A DNA stretch of 64,000 nucleotides from an uncultured virus (IMG/VR IMGVR_UViG_3300032167_007852) (Duplodnaviria > Heunggongvirae > Uroviricota > Caudoviricetes). Below the pieces are notes generated by a model. It ran no database searches, was not told where the DNA came from, and saw nothing but the letters and a program-made list of their open reading frames with translations. Shown piece after piece: positions 31,008 through 41,192 of the stretch. Within the stretch, counting starts at the first letter, position 1. The number at the start of each line of letters is the position of its first letter. Made by a program: the position numbers and the translations under genes. Location of the stretch: positions 1-64,000 of the IMG/VR virus record IMGVR_UViG_3300032167_007852. The stretch is one strand, 5' to 3'.

Positions 31008-32149
31008 TGAAAAGATTTTTAGTAGTGGGTGATATCCATTTTGGGTATTACCCTCCTGAATTATTATACAAAGAGTTTCAATTAATATTACACACAATTG
31101 AAGATAATGCTATCGACTGTGTGGTTATAGCAGGAGATTATTACGATACTAAATTATCTATGGCTAGTGCTCATTCAGTATATTCAGTAAAAGCATTTTC
31201 AGATTTAATTAAATCATGTGAAGAAAAAGGTATTAAAGTTAGACAAATTAAAGGTACTAATTCACATGACCCTGAGAATCAATTAAAGAATTTAGCACAA
31301 ATAGCGAATAGTAGTAAATGTGATTATAAACTTATTTTAACAGTTGACGAAGAGGAAATATTCCCAGGTATGAATGTTTTATATATACCTGAAGAATATA
31401 TGGAAGATTCTAAAGAATATTATAAAGAATATTTCAATAAAAAATATCAATTAGTATTTGGTCATGGTATGTTTGAAGAAACTAATTTCTCAACTAAACA
31501 ACATACAGGAATGAAGAAATATCCAATATTTAATTCTAAAGAGATGGAAGAAATATGCGAAGGACCTATAGTATTTGGTCATATTCATACAGCTCAAAGA
31601 ATAAGAGATAGAATTCAATATACAGGAAGTTTAGTTAGAAGTAGATTTGGTGAAGAAGAAGCTAAAGGATTTTATATAGTAGATTTTGATGAAGAAACTA
31701 AAGAAACGGATTTCACATTTATTGAAAATGAATTAACTATGAAATACGATACAATAGAAATTAAACCTAATAACTGCGTATTTAGTTATATGGTAAACGA
31801 GCAAATAAACTATTTCAAAAATCTTGTTAAGAATTATTGTAGAGATTATCTTAGAATAAAAATATATACACCAGAAGATATGATCAATTCAGCAACATTT
31901 GTTGATAGTATGAATGTAGTATTTAATGACATGAAAAATGTTAAATTACAGATTATAGAAAATAGTAAACTTAAATTAGATAAAGAGTTAAAAGAAAAGG
32001 TTAGTTTATTGATGGATAAGTATAATTTCATATTCGATAAATCTGTAGGCTACGATGAGAAGATACAAGAATATATAAAACTTAAAACAGGAAAAGAAAT
32101 AAGTTTAGACAGGATCAGGTCAATGATATCAGGAAACGCTGTTAAATAA
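31004..32149 (+). CDS. sbcD: SbcD/Mre11 (T4 gp47-like) metallophosphoesterase nuclease
   Basis: GDIHFG, AGDYYD, GTNSHD, GHG, GHIH, YTGS...FGEEEAKGF. Confidence 0.85.
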   Translation: MMKRFLVVGDIHFGYYPPELLYKEFQLILHTIEDNAIDCVVIAGDYYDTKLSMASAHSVYSVKAFSDLIKSCEEKGIKVRQIKGTNSHDPENQLKNLAQIANSSKCDYKLILTVDEEEIFPGMNVLYIPEEYMEDSKEYYKEYFNKKYQLVFGHGMFEETNFSTKQHTGMKKYPIFNSKEMEEICEGPIVFGHIHTAQRIRDRIQYTGSLVRSRFGEEEAKGFYIVDFDEETKETDFTFIENELTMKYDTIEIKPNNCVFSYMVNEQINYFKNLVKNYCRDYLRIKIYTPEDMINSATFVDSMNVVFNDMKNVKLQIIENSKLKLDKELKEKVSLLMDKYNFIFDKSVGYDEKIQEYIKLKTGKEISLDRIRSMISGNAVK

Positions 32150-32300
32150 AATGCTTCAGAGCTAGTAGACGGCTCTGAAGCAGTGATTTTTTATTTAATA
32201 ACATTATTATAACGATTGAATAAAATTATATTTTATTATTAACAAACTGATATTATAAAAAGAAATTTGAATTTTCAAATACGGAAGGGAGAATATAATT

Positions 32301-34241
32301 ATGGATAATAACAATTTACAAGCACCCGTAACATTCCATGGAGATGGAACAGTTTCAGGAAATAGCTTAATACAAACAAGTGGAAAAAATAAATTCTTAG
32401 AGAATTATAATAAAATGAAGAAAACTGATACGGAACAGTTATTACAGGGTCTGCCTGAATTTATAATAAAGGATATGGTTTTATATTTCTTATTTGACGA
32501 ATATCCAAAGAAAAGTAATTATATAACAGGATTATTAGAGACATTTGTAAATCAATTAACATTAAAACACATTAAAGATGTTAAGATATATGATATGATT
32601 CAATGGTGTAAAACAGCAATAGACGCTAGAAATAAAGGTATATGTTCGGGATATGCGTTTCTAGATTATTGCGATACAGGAGTGGAAAAAGAAATAGGAT
32701 ATTTAGATTTAGTAAATCATGTTAAAAAAGAATTACCGATAGATGAATATTTAGGACATATGAGTGATTCAGATATGTATAAATATCTTTCAGAATCAGC
32801 ATTTAATTATATGGTAAATAGAATATCAAAAAATAAATTCTTATTTGAACAATGTGAAGATTATGAAGCTTTACAAGCTACAATCGATGGATTGAGAGAA
32901 GGTAAAGACGTTGAAGAAGATTATATAAATTTAAAGAAAAAAATAGAGAGAAATAGACAAAAATTCTATAGATTAAATATGGATAATAAAGTAGGAAAAA
33001 GTGCGTTAGAAACAGGATTTACAGCAAACTTAAATGAAGAAGAATGTAGAGATGAGAACCAAAGAAACTTACAATTACAAGTAAATGGTTGTAATAAATT
33101 TAGATTTGGTCATCGTTGGTTAAATATGATAACAGGTGGAGGATTAGAGTCAAAACAACTTATGGTTTACGGTGCTCCATCAGGAAACGGTAAAACTACA
33201 ATGATGATAAGTTCTGCAATAGATATGGCATTATATAATCCACAAGTTAAACATGAACCAGGATTAACACCATGTATATTATACATTTCTGCAGAAACAG
33301 GTGTAGAAGATATAAAAGGTAGATATATAAAAATGTTAACTGGTACAGATATATCTTGGGAAGATGAATTAACAAGAGAAAAAATGAGATTAAGTAATGA
33401 AGAAATAGAAAATGAATTAGTTGAAGCAAGTAGAATATTATCAAGACATACACCAACTAGAATAAGATTTATACAAGTTCCAAATAATTCATATTCTAAA
33501 AATGAAATAATAAGAGATATAGAAATATTAAGAGAGTCAGAAAAATTACAAGTAGTAGCAGTAATTGCCGATTATCTTAAAGGATTTAAACCAGTTGAAA
33601 ACCATGTTGAAAACAGAATAAGAATAGATAATATAACTTCAGATTTACGTGCTTTAGCAATAGAATGTGACGTTGCAGTTATAACAGCATCACAAGTTAA
33701 AGTTGAAATGAGTAACGAAGTTTTCAAAGCAAGAGGAAAAATGGAGACAAGTGTAATACCTAAAGATTGTCCTGAGACAGTATTCTCAGAATCAAAAGGT
33801 GTTGTTGAATGTGCCGATTTCGCATTAGTATTTGCACAAACATCAGAAAATTATGAGAGAGATGAATTATCAGATGCTATCAAATTTACACATTTAGAGG
33901 CATTAGTTATAAAATCAAGAGCAGGTAGACATAATGCGGCAAGATGTTTTATACCTTATGTTGAAGGAAGTCAGATAGCATTCCAAAAAGATTACGATTT
34001 ATTTGATGAACATGGTAAACCTATTTGGTTAACAGTAAAAGAATTAGAATTTAAAGGTGATAAGTCTCAATTACCTAAAACTAAACAAAGTAATACAACT
34101 GGATTATTTGATAAACCTAGTAAGAAAAAGCAAGTAACAGTAACACCTGAATGTAATTTAAATAGAGAAGGAAACGTTTTAGATACATTACCAGATAGTG
34201 GTTTTGGAAATCCTGCATTAGCAGGTATGATAGCAGCTTAG
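32301..34241 (+). CDS. dnaB: DnaB-like replicative helicase (SF4)
   Basis: Walker A GAPSGNGKT, ILYISAE, IADYL, LRALA...VITASQ, KSR arginine finger. Confidence 0.85.
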   Translation: MDNNNLQAPVTFHGDGTVSGNSLIQTSGKNKFLENYNKMKKTDTEQLLQGLPEFIIKDMVLYFLFDEYPKKSNYITGLLETFVNQLTLKHIKDVKIYDMIQWCKTAIDARNKGICSGYAFLDYCDTGVEKEIGYLDLVNHVKKELPIDEYLGHMSDSDMYKYLSESAFNYMVNRISKNKFLFEQCEDYEALQATIDGLREGKDVEEDYINLKKKIERNRQKFYRLNMDNKVGKSALETGFTANLNEEECRDENQRNLQLQVNGCNKFRFGHRWLNMITGGGLESKQLMVYGAPSGNGKTTMMISSAIDMALYNPQVKHEPGLTPCILYISAETGVEDIKGRYIKMLTGTDISWEDELTREKMRLSNEEIENELVEASRILSRHTPTRIRFIQVPNNSYSKNEIIRDIEILRESEKLQVVAVIADYLKGFKPVENHVENRIRIDNITSDLRALAIECDVAVITASQVKVEMSNEVFKARGKMETSVIPKDCPETVFSESKGVVECADFALVFAQTSENYERDELSDAIKFTHLEALVIKSRAGRHNAARCFIPYVEGSQIAFQKDYDLFDEHGKPIWLTVKELEFKGDKSQLPKTKQSNTTGLFDKPSKKKQVTVTPECNLNREGNVLDTLPDSGFGNPALAGMIAA

Positions 34242-34300
34242 TAACACAATAAACAAATGATGAATATTTAGAATTAATTTTTTATTATTTTATATTTTTA

Positions 34301-34386
34301 TATTGAGATTATCCATGCAGTTTATGGGTAGGGAATAGCGAAAGTTATTCTTTCGATTGGTATTTTTATATCAGTCGGTCTCAATA
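34301..34386 (+). ncRNA. Candidate four-way-junction structured RNA
   Basis: Closing stem UAUUGAGAU/GUCUCAAUA around three hairpins, one with a GAAA tetraloop; many G-U pairs valid only on the plus strand. Confidence 0.5.
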
Positions 34387-34414
34387 CAACAAAACGAAGA
34401 TAAATGAGTATACA

Positions 34415-34861
34415 CTACTCATTTATCTTCTTAAGTACCGACATTTCGTTGTCTATATAATCTTCAGATTCCATTACTAAAATTTCATTTAACAATGAAA
34501 CAATTGAAGGTTTGAATACTCTAACTTCTTTAAAATCAAAGTTTATTACAGAATAAACATAGTTAAGACGTAATAATAAATAATATATATCAGGATTACC
34601 ATAAAGGTCTTTAGCTAATAATCTTGGTTGATATCTATATTTAAGATATTCTTGTTCAGTTAATACTACAGTCGTAACATCTTCTAGTAATAGTTCATAA
34701 TATTTTTCATAAAGGTTATACATATTAATTACAAACATATCACCCGAACTGTTTGTAATTACTTCTTTAAAGCATAAATCCTTTATTGTCATTTTTAGTT
34801 CTAATCCCTCTTCAATTACTTCTTTCATTGTAGATCTATTTCTAAAATTACTTCTAGCCAT
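34415..34861 (-). CDS. Putative baseplate wedge protein (T4 gp53/LysM-like)
   Basis: YRYQPRLLAKDLYGNPDIYYLLLRLN resembles the gp53-like RPxxLAxxxYG...WxxLxxN pattern. Confidence 0.6.
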   Translation of the reverse strand: MARSNFRNRSTMKEVIEEGLELKMTIKDLCFKEVITNSSGDMFVINMYNLYEKYYELLLEDVTTVVLTEQEYLKYRYQPRLLAKDLYGNPDIYYLLLRLNYVYSVINFDFKEVRVFKPSIVSLLNEILVMESEDYIDNEMSVLKKINE

Positions 34862-34872
34862 TTAATCACCTC

Positions 34873-35319
34873 TTATAGGAAGTTTGTCAAATATGCATCA
34901 TTTATATTTCCGTTCATAAAACATACAATCATCTTAGCACCTTTCGGTAGATATGCTTCAACTATATGACCATCTATAAATGTCATTTCGTCACCTAGAC
35001 AGTCTTTTATTAAAACGTGGTTTACTACTTTACATCCACATTCTTTTTTCTTTAAAACTGCAGATTTAGACAGTTCTAATCCTGAGAATGTTTTAACTGT
35101 TATAGTATCCGATAATTTGATAGGATTAACAACTTTTGGTTTACATTCAGGATCATTAACCAATATAGACTCCTGTGCTCTGACAGTGGTTTTACTCGTA
35201 TCAACAGTTAACTTAGGTATATATACTTTAACAGTTTCAGCAGGTAAATAAGTTTTCTCTGCTACAGTACAATATTCCAATAAATTAACCTGCAATTCCT
35301 CTAAATTTGATAAATCCAT
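34873..35319 (-). CDS. Putative baseplate hub/spike OB-fold protein
   Basis: VKVYIPKL...LPKGAKMIVCFMNGNINDAY resembles the gp5/GpV OB-fold signature; adjacent to the gp53-like gene. Confidence 0.45.
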   Translation of the reverse strand: MDLSNLEELQVNLLEYCTVAEKTYLPAETVKVYIPKLTVDTSKTTVRAQESILVNDPECKPKVVNPIKLSDTITVKTFSGLELSKSAVLKKKECGCKVVNHVLIKDCLGDEMTFIDGHIVEAYLPKGAKMIVCFMNGNINDAYLTNFL

Positions 35320-35407
35320 TTTATTCCTCCTTAAAATTTAATAATTATAATATTGTATAATTTAATAGACAAATATGTATTGATTCCGTTTTAAAGGAGG
35401 TAAGTAT

Positions 35408-36598
35408 ATGGGAATAGTCTTAAATGACCAACAAGACGAATGTGTTAAAATGGCAGTTAAATGGTTTAACAATTATTCGTCTAAACAGACATTTGAGATA
35501 AGCGGTCCTGCAGGTTCGGGTAAGACGACTATAGTTAGAACTATAATTCAGAACCTAGGATTGAATATGGAAGATGTTTTATTTGTCGCTTATGTCGGGA
35601 AAGCGGCTCTACAATTAACCAGAAGTGGTGTAAATGGTAGAACTATACATAGTGCTTTCTACGATATAGATTTTGTACCTGTAAAAGATGATGACGGAAA
35701 ACCAGTTATAAAGAATGGGAAAGTTGTTACAAGACCTGAATTTATAAAGAAGGAAAAAATTCCTAGAAATATCAAATTGATAGTAATAGATGAAGCTCCT
35801 ATGGTAAATGAATCATTTGGAGTTGACATAGAGTCTTTTAACATCCCTATCATTTGTCTAGGAGATTTACAACAACTTCCCCCAGTTATAGGAGGAACTA
35901 AATACCTTATTAGACCTGATTATGTACTGACAAAAATAATGCGACAGGCAGAAGGTAATCCTATAATATATTTAAGTCAATTAGCATCTAGAGGTGAACC
36001 TATTCCTTATGGTAAATATGGGGATAAATGTTATGTTATACCAAAGGATAAGGTTAATGATAATATGTTATTAAAAGCAGATATGATATTAACACCAACT
36101 AATGCTAGTAGAGCTAGAATTAATAAATATATAAGAGAAGAATTAAGAGGTATTGATTCAGATTTACCAGTTGTAGGAGAAAAATTAATTTGTCGTAAAA
36201 ATAATAGAAATAGAATTATCGGTGACGGTGTATATCTAGTAAATGGTATGTTGGGTTATGTTGTTGACGTAAATAAGTCAACATATAATACAAGAACAGT
36301 TGATATATCCTTTTCACCAGATTTCAACGATCAATTAATATTTAATAATGTAAGAATAGATTATAAAACTTTAATCCAAAGTATACAAACAGATAATGGA
36401 GTTTATAAAAAAGGTTATTCTGTGTATGATATGTTTGAATTTGGAGATTGTATTACAGTACATTTATCCCAAGGTTCTCAAGCAGAAAATGTGTTATTTA
36501 TGTCAGAACCATTTGGAAGAGGTGATAGAGATATTCAAAACAAATTGAACTATACAGGAATAACTAGGGCAAGAGAAGGTTTAATATATGCGTATTAA
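35408..36598 (+). CDS. Dda/RecD-like SF1B DNA helicase
   Basis: GPAGSGKT, RTIHS, IDEAPMV, GDLQQLPPV, MRQ, ITVHLSQGS, YTGITRA. Confidence 0.9.
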   Translation: MGIVLNDQQDECVKMAVKWFNNYSSKQTFEISGPAGSGKTTIVRTIIQNLGLNMEDVLFVAYVGKAALQLTRSGVNGRTIHSAFYDIDFVPVKDDDGKPVIKNGKVVTRPEFIKKEKIPRNIKLIVIDEAPMVNESFGVDIESFNIPIICLGDLQQLPPVIGGTKYLIRPDYVLTKIMRQAEGNPIIYLSQLASRGEPIPYGKYGDKCYVIPKDKVNDNMLLKADMILTPTNASRARINKYIREELRGIDSDLPVVGEKLICRKNNRNRIIGDGVYLVNGMLGYVVDVNKSTYNTRTVDISFSPDFNDQLIFNNVRIDYKTLIQSIQTDNGVYKKGYSVYDMFEFGDCITVHLSQGSQAENVLFMSEPFGRGDRDIQNKLNYTGITRAREGLIYAY

Positions 36599-36610
36599 GG
36601 AGTTGATATT

Positions 36611-36781
36611 ATGATACCTAAAAACTTAGAAAAAACCTTTAGAGGTACAGGAAGGAGTAAAACTAATTGGTCTCCTCCTGAGACCAAAGAGGAAAGAATT
36701 GAAAGAATTATGAAACAATTAGGTATTGAGAAACATGGTAAAGGTAAAAGAAAAAAGAAGAAAGGTGGTAAAAGAAAATGA
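36611..36781 (+). CDS. Small basic protein (56 aa)
   Basis: AAGGAG RBS; MIPKNLEK...KGKRKKKKGGKRK; ATGA overlap with the next gene. Confidence 0.6.
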   Translation: MIPKNLEKTFRGTGRSKTNWSPPETKEERIERIMKQLGIEKHGKGKRKKKKGGKRK

Positions 36782-37056
36782 CAAAATCAGTAGTTGAAGC
36801 TATAGCTAATGATGCAGGAGGTTTTGATCATATAGTCGGTATGAGAATGGCGAATGGAACTAAATTTTATTGGAGCCGTTATGCTTTAAAAGCAGAAGAT
36901 TTTGTAACAATTGGAGGAATGGAGATTCTTAAATTATATCATAAAGATACAATGGGAGGAGAAGCCGTTTCGTATTTAGATGTATCTGAAATAGTTCAAG
37001 TGTATACAGTAAAAGATATAGGAAAACCTATAGTACTAAGAGATATTTTAGACTAA
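36778..37056 (+). CDS. Hypothetical protein
   Basis: Translationally coupled ORF. Confidence 0.7.
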   Translation: MTKSVVEAIANDAGGFDHIVGMRMANGTKFYWSRYALKAEDFVTIGGMEILKLYHKDTMGGEAVSYLDVSEIVQVYTVKDIGKPIVLRDILD

Positions 37057-37103
37057 AAATTTATATATTGATAAACAAATTTCTAAAGTGTAATTGATGA
37101 GAT

Positions 37104-37195
37104 TTTCAATGCTATATTATATAGGTGAATAGAAATATTAATATATTATTAAAAGTGTAAAACGTAGAATTTCAATGCTATATTATAATAGTGAA
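37104..37195 (+). promoter_or_regulatory. Tandem duplicated early promoters
   Basis: TTTCAATGCTATATTATA...GTGAATAGAAATA at 37104 and 37170. Confidence 0.7.
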
Positions 37196-37268
37196 TAGAA
37201 ATAATAATATATTAATTTCTATGATCCAGAATAAAAAAATATATTAAAATTATTAGGAGGTAACAAGT

Positions 37269-37730
37269 ATGAGCCAATTAAATAACAATAACCAAAATCA
37301 AGGAAATGGAAATAGAATAGCAGATGAATTAAGACAAATGAAAATAGATAGACAAAACTTAGATAGAAGAGATAAACAAATTAGATTTAGATGTGACCAT
37401 AAAGATGGTCACGGTAGACCAGCAGTACAACAAGGACAAGAAGACGGTGTTTTAGTATGTAGAATCTGTGGTTGCAAGATCAATGCTAAAATGCAAAACA
37501 AAGTTGAAGTAGATAGAAAATTAAGAGAAGTTATAAACATAATAGAAGCTATTAAGATAGCATCTAGTTCAGATTTAACACCTAGCTTAGCTAAGATAGA
37601 AGAAGGTGTTGATAGCTTATTAGCATTATATGAAAGAATAATATTAAAACAAGGAAATGTTAACAAGAACAATAATAACAATAATAACAATCAAAGAAGA
37701 GGTGCAAGCTACAATCAAAGTAAGCTTTAA
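37269..37730 (+). CDS. Zinc-finger-like protein with Asn/Gln-rich termini
   Basis: CDH...CRICG; poly-Asn tail. Confidence 0.65.
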   Translation: MSQLNNNNQNQGNGNRIADELRQMKIDRQNLDRRDKQIRFRCDHKDGHGRPAVQQGQEDGVLVCRICGCKINAKMQNKVEVDRKLREVINIIEAIKIASSSDLTPSLAKIEEGVDSLLALYERIILKQGNVNKNNNNNNNNQRRGASYNQSKL

Positions 37731-37836
37731 GATATATAAAGGTATAGACAATTTGTCTATACCTTATTTTATTTGCTTAAAATTGAATTTTTCGTATAAC
37801 AAAATATTATAATAAAATTTTAGGAGGTAAATAATT

Positions 37837-38826
37837 ATGAATAAAATGCATAAATGTAATGTTAGATTCAATGGTCCTGTAAAGGAAATAATGAAATTTA
37901 TGGTAGACAATATGGAGTTCTCTGAAGTAAGTGATGTTGGAGTTAAATTTATAGTTGGCTTAGATTTTGGTAAATTGATGAAAGAACATGATGAATTATT
38001 TATGAAAGATCAATATGGTGTTAATCTTAAAGATATATGTATTAATACAAAAGTATTTGTATCCAATGTTGAATATAAAGAATATTATGATGACGAATAT
38101 TATGATTATGATGAAAGACCTAAAAATATATATGAATTCGAAATTCAAAATCACGGTTGCTTCTTTGATGTAACTAAAGTATATGAAAAAGAAGTATGTT
38201 TTAAAGATGAGTTTGTAAAAAGACCTAAAGAATTTATGAGTGAGTTCTTTAATTATTTCTCATTAGGAAGTGTTAATTCACGCAAAGATCAAGATGAATT
38301 AATAAGACGAATGAATCTTTCATCAATGTTAGAAATAGAATTTTTCACATATGCTTTCCCTGTAGAAATTCTTAATGCTTGGAGAAGCAAATATAATTTA
38401 AGTGTAAGAGCACATTGGGCTGATGAAAATGAATTCTTAATATATGCAAGATATCAAGATGATCCTGAAGATTTATCTGAAGATAAATATGTACAGCATA
38501 TAACTGCTGAAAAGAGTTTACAAAGATACACAGAAATGTTATGTGTGCGTAAATGGTTAGATTGTCATGCAATGGTTATAGATGTATGCAATATGTTATA
38601 TGACATGAAAGATAATTTCCCAGTTAAGATTGATTTAGAACTTAAAGAAGTGCCTGAAGGTGAAGTGGCATTTAATAGTAATAATCCTTTTAAATATAAT
38701 GTAACATATGGAAGTATATCAAATACAATTTATGGATTAGCAAACAATGGTGATAATTTCACATTAGCTAAAATGTATGCAGCATTAACAAAAATGCATG
38801 AAAAATTTATGAATGAAAATAAGTAA
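37837..38826 (+). CDS. Diverged DUF1281/ferredoxin-like-fold paralog 1
   Basis: Aligns by eye with the next gene (N-x-x-x-NG...LDF...late F-x-T...P segment). Confidence 0.5.
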   Translation: MNKMHKCNVRFNGPVKEIMKFMVDNMEFSEVSDVGVKFIVGLDFGKLMKEHDELFMKDQYGVNLKDICINTKVFVSNVEYKEYYDDEYYDYDERPKNIYEFEIQNHGCFFDVTKVYEKEVCFKDEFVKRPKEFMSEFFNYFSLGSVNSRKDQDELIRRMNLSSMLEIEFFTYAFPVEILNAWRSKYNLSVRAHWADENEFLIYARYQDDPEDLSEDKYVQHITAEKSLQRYTEMLCVRKWLDCHAMVIDVCNMLYDMKDNFPVKIDLELKEVPEGEVAFNSNNPFKYNVTYGSISNTIYGLANNGDNFTLAKMYAALTKMHEKFMNENK

Positions 38827-38870
38827 ATAAAAATATAAATAAAAAATTAAATTAAATGGAGGTAATGCAT

Positions 38871-39689
38871 ATGCCAAACTGGTGTGCTAATAATATAATA
38901 GTAAATGGTAAAGGAAAAGATGTAAAACAATTCATACAAGAGAATTTCAGAACTAATAAATATCCTTATAAAGAAGATAGTAATGAGTATGCTTATATAT
39001 TAGATTTTGAACAGTTCTGTCCAACACCATTAGATGAAAAAGGTGAAGTATTTAGTGAATGGTACAATTGGAGATTAGCTAATTGGGGATGTAAATGGTC
39101 CCCTTCTTATGAACAATGTATTCAATTATCAATAGAACATGAAGATGAAGAAGGTGTTAAAATAGTTTACGGTGAACATGAAAACGAAGATAATGAAATA
39201 TTTAATGAATCATTCGTAAATAGTATACCAGATGATGATTGTAAAATGAAATTAGAATTATCTTGTTTCTGTGAAACTCCTTGGGGACCACCAGAAGGAA
39301 TGTTTAATAAATGGTATGAAAAATATAATGACGTGTTAGAAATCACAATGAAATTCTATGAACCAGGATGTTGTGTTCTAGGTGAATTATGGTTTAGTGG
39401 TGATGAATATTGTGATAAAGTTATAGATGATAATGATAGAAAAGCTTATATAGAATATCTATTAACAGAAGGTTGGGAATGTAGAGAATGGTATATTGAT
39501 GAATGTGCTGATATGATACAAGAAATGCATAGTGCTGAAGAAGCTGAATTAATATCAGCTAAAGTTGCTGAAGTGCTTAACAATTGTAAGACAGAAGATG
39601 CTGCTACATTAATAGCAGATATCTTTGATAAGTATTACAAATGGTTACAAGAAGGGGATGAAAAGAAAGATGAGCAAGGTGAAAAATAA
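38871..39689 (+). CDS. DUF1281 (Api92/YubB-like ferredoxin-like fold) protein
   Basis: MPNWCxN, LDFxxxxPTP, WYNWRLANWGCKW, ETPWGPP and YEPG motifs. Confidence 0.75.
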   Translation: MPNWCANNIIVNGKGKDVKQFIQENFRTNKYPYKEDSNEYAYILDFEQFCPTPLDEKGEVFSEWYNWRLANWGCKWSPSYEQCIQLSIEHEDEEGVKIVYGEHENEDNEIFNESFVNSIPDDDCKMKLELSCFCETPWGPPEGMFNKWYEKYNDVLEITMKFYEPGCCVLGELWFSGDEYCDKVIDDNDRKAYIEYLLTEGWECREWYIDECADMIQEMHSAEEAELISAKVAEVLNNCKTEDAATLIADIFDKYYKWLQEGDEKKDEQGEK

Positions 39690-40473
39690 ACTGAAAGTTA
39701 CAGGTAGTATTAAAGACCTTGTGATGTTTATAAATGATAATTATGTAGAAGATATATACCATCCTAGTGATGGTGTATATCCTTCTAATCTTATTTTATT
39801 TTTTGGTAAATTATACCCAACACCTAAAGATATTGAAGATAACAAAGATAATGTGTACCGATGGAGAATGAATAATTGGGGAACTCCATTTTTAATAGAT
39901 AATGAAGATTTTAGTAATGAAATAACTATACTGTATAAACATGATTATGATTATACACCATATGATATAGATAAATTTAATGCTTATACAATAAGAAAAA
40001 TATTAGAATATTCAGAAATGTTTTATGGTGAGAATATTCACAAAGAAGATAATGAAATAAATTCATTATTTACTACAACGATGACACCACCAACTAAACT
40101 TATAACTAATTGGGTTAATAGATATAAATATACATCACTAAAGTTTAGATTAGATTATATAGATATGGAAGATAGATATGTCGGTAACATTCATCAGGTT
40201 AATAATGAATATATTCTTGAGCATTATGTTAAAGATCATAATGTTACAGCATATGTTAATTATACCCTAGAAGAAGATATTAGAACTATAGAAGATTATT
40301 CAAGTGAAATAGCTAAAATGATAATAACTGTTAATCCTGAAAAAACAGATTCAGATTTTAAAGAGATATACAATATGATATTAGAAGAAATTGAAACAAA
40401 AGATAGTTTAAAAGAACAAGTTGATTTTATATCAATGATGATAAGATATCTAAATGGAAAAATATATAATTAA
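39670..40473 (+). CDS. Diverged DUF1281-like paralog 3
   Basis: NKLKVTG, FGKLYPTP, YRWRMNNWGT, TTMTPP. Confidence 0.6.
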   Translation: MSKVKNKLKVTGSIKDLVMFINDNYVEDIYHPSDGVYPSNLILFFGKLYPTPKDIEDNKDNVYRWRMNNWGTPFLIDNEDFSNEITILYKHDYDYTPYDIDKFNAYTIRKILEYSEMFYGENIHKEDNEINSLFTTTMTPPTKLITNWVNRYKYTSLKFRLDYIDMEDRYVGNIHQVNNEYILEHYVKDHNVTAYVNYTLEEDIRTIEDYSSEIAKMIITVNPEKTDSDFKEIYNMILEEIETKDSLKEQVDFISMMIRYLNGKIYN

Positions 40474-40495
40474 AATCAATTGGAGGTAACGGGAT

Positions 40496-40813
40496 ATGAT
40501 TAGAGAAATAGGAAGTACGTATCATAAAGTTAAATTCATGGAGGATAAAATATATATAAGAATAGATGATGTAGATTATGCAGTTCAAGGTGAATGGATT
40601 AGATTCACGTATAAAGTAACTAAGAAAGGTGATGCTATAGTTGGTGCTAGATTAGCCACACAACCTGAAATAGAAGAAGCAAAAAGATTGGCAGGATATA
40701 TAGAATTAGATAAGATAATTACAGAAGAATGGGAAAAAGTTAAAGAAAAATTTGGCATTCTTAAAGAAAAAGCAAAAGCTAAGCTTAAAGAATTAAAAGA
40801 CAAACTAGATTAA
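40496..40813 (+). CDS. Hypothetical protein
   Basis: GGAGGT RBS. Confidence 0.7.
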   Translation: MIREIGSTYHKVKFMEDKIYIRIDDVDYAVQGEWIRFTYKVTKKGDAIVGARLATQPEIEEAKRLAGYIELDKIITEEWEKVKEKFGILKEKAKAKLKELKDKLD

Positions 40814-40880
40814 TAGCATAAGAATAGATACTATGAGGTATCTATTCTTTTTTATGTTCCAAGAAGTGTAATTCGTAGAA

Positions 40881-40905
40881 TTTCGATACCATATTATAAT
40901 AGTGA
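40881..40905 (+). promoter_or_regulatory. Putative early promoter
   Basis: TTTCGATACCATATTATAATAGTGA, shared with 26680, 50886 and 53630. Confidence 0.75.
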
Positions 40906-40943
40906 AGTACAATAAAAATAATTTAATTTTGGAGGTATTTTAT

Positions 40944-41141
40944 ATGATGAAAATAGAAGCTAAATTAATGGAAATGGAAACAAGAAGAGCTATGATAGTT
41001 GAGTATTTAAATGAATATCATAAATATAATAAAGAATACAATACAAATGAAATGGATATGTATATAGAAAGATATGAAGAAGCATTAGTTAAATGTGATA
41101 TGATAATAGAAGAACTAAAAAGCTATACAATAGAATGTTAA
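40944..41141 (+). CDS. Small helical early protein
   Basis: GGAGGT RBS before the ATG at 40944. Confidence 0.7.
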   Translation: MMKIEAKLMEMETRRAMIVEYLNEYHKYNKEYNTNEMDMYIERYEEALVKCDMIIEELKSYTIEC

Positions 41142-41192
41142 GATTTATATGTTCCAATTAAAAAAATAAAAAATAAATGGAGGTAATAAGTT

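Noticed and set aside
34301..34386. tRNA gene
   Set aside because: Arms are too long, there is no 7-nt anticodon loop, no TTC T-loop and no D-loop GG.
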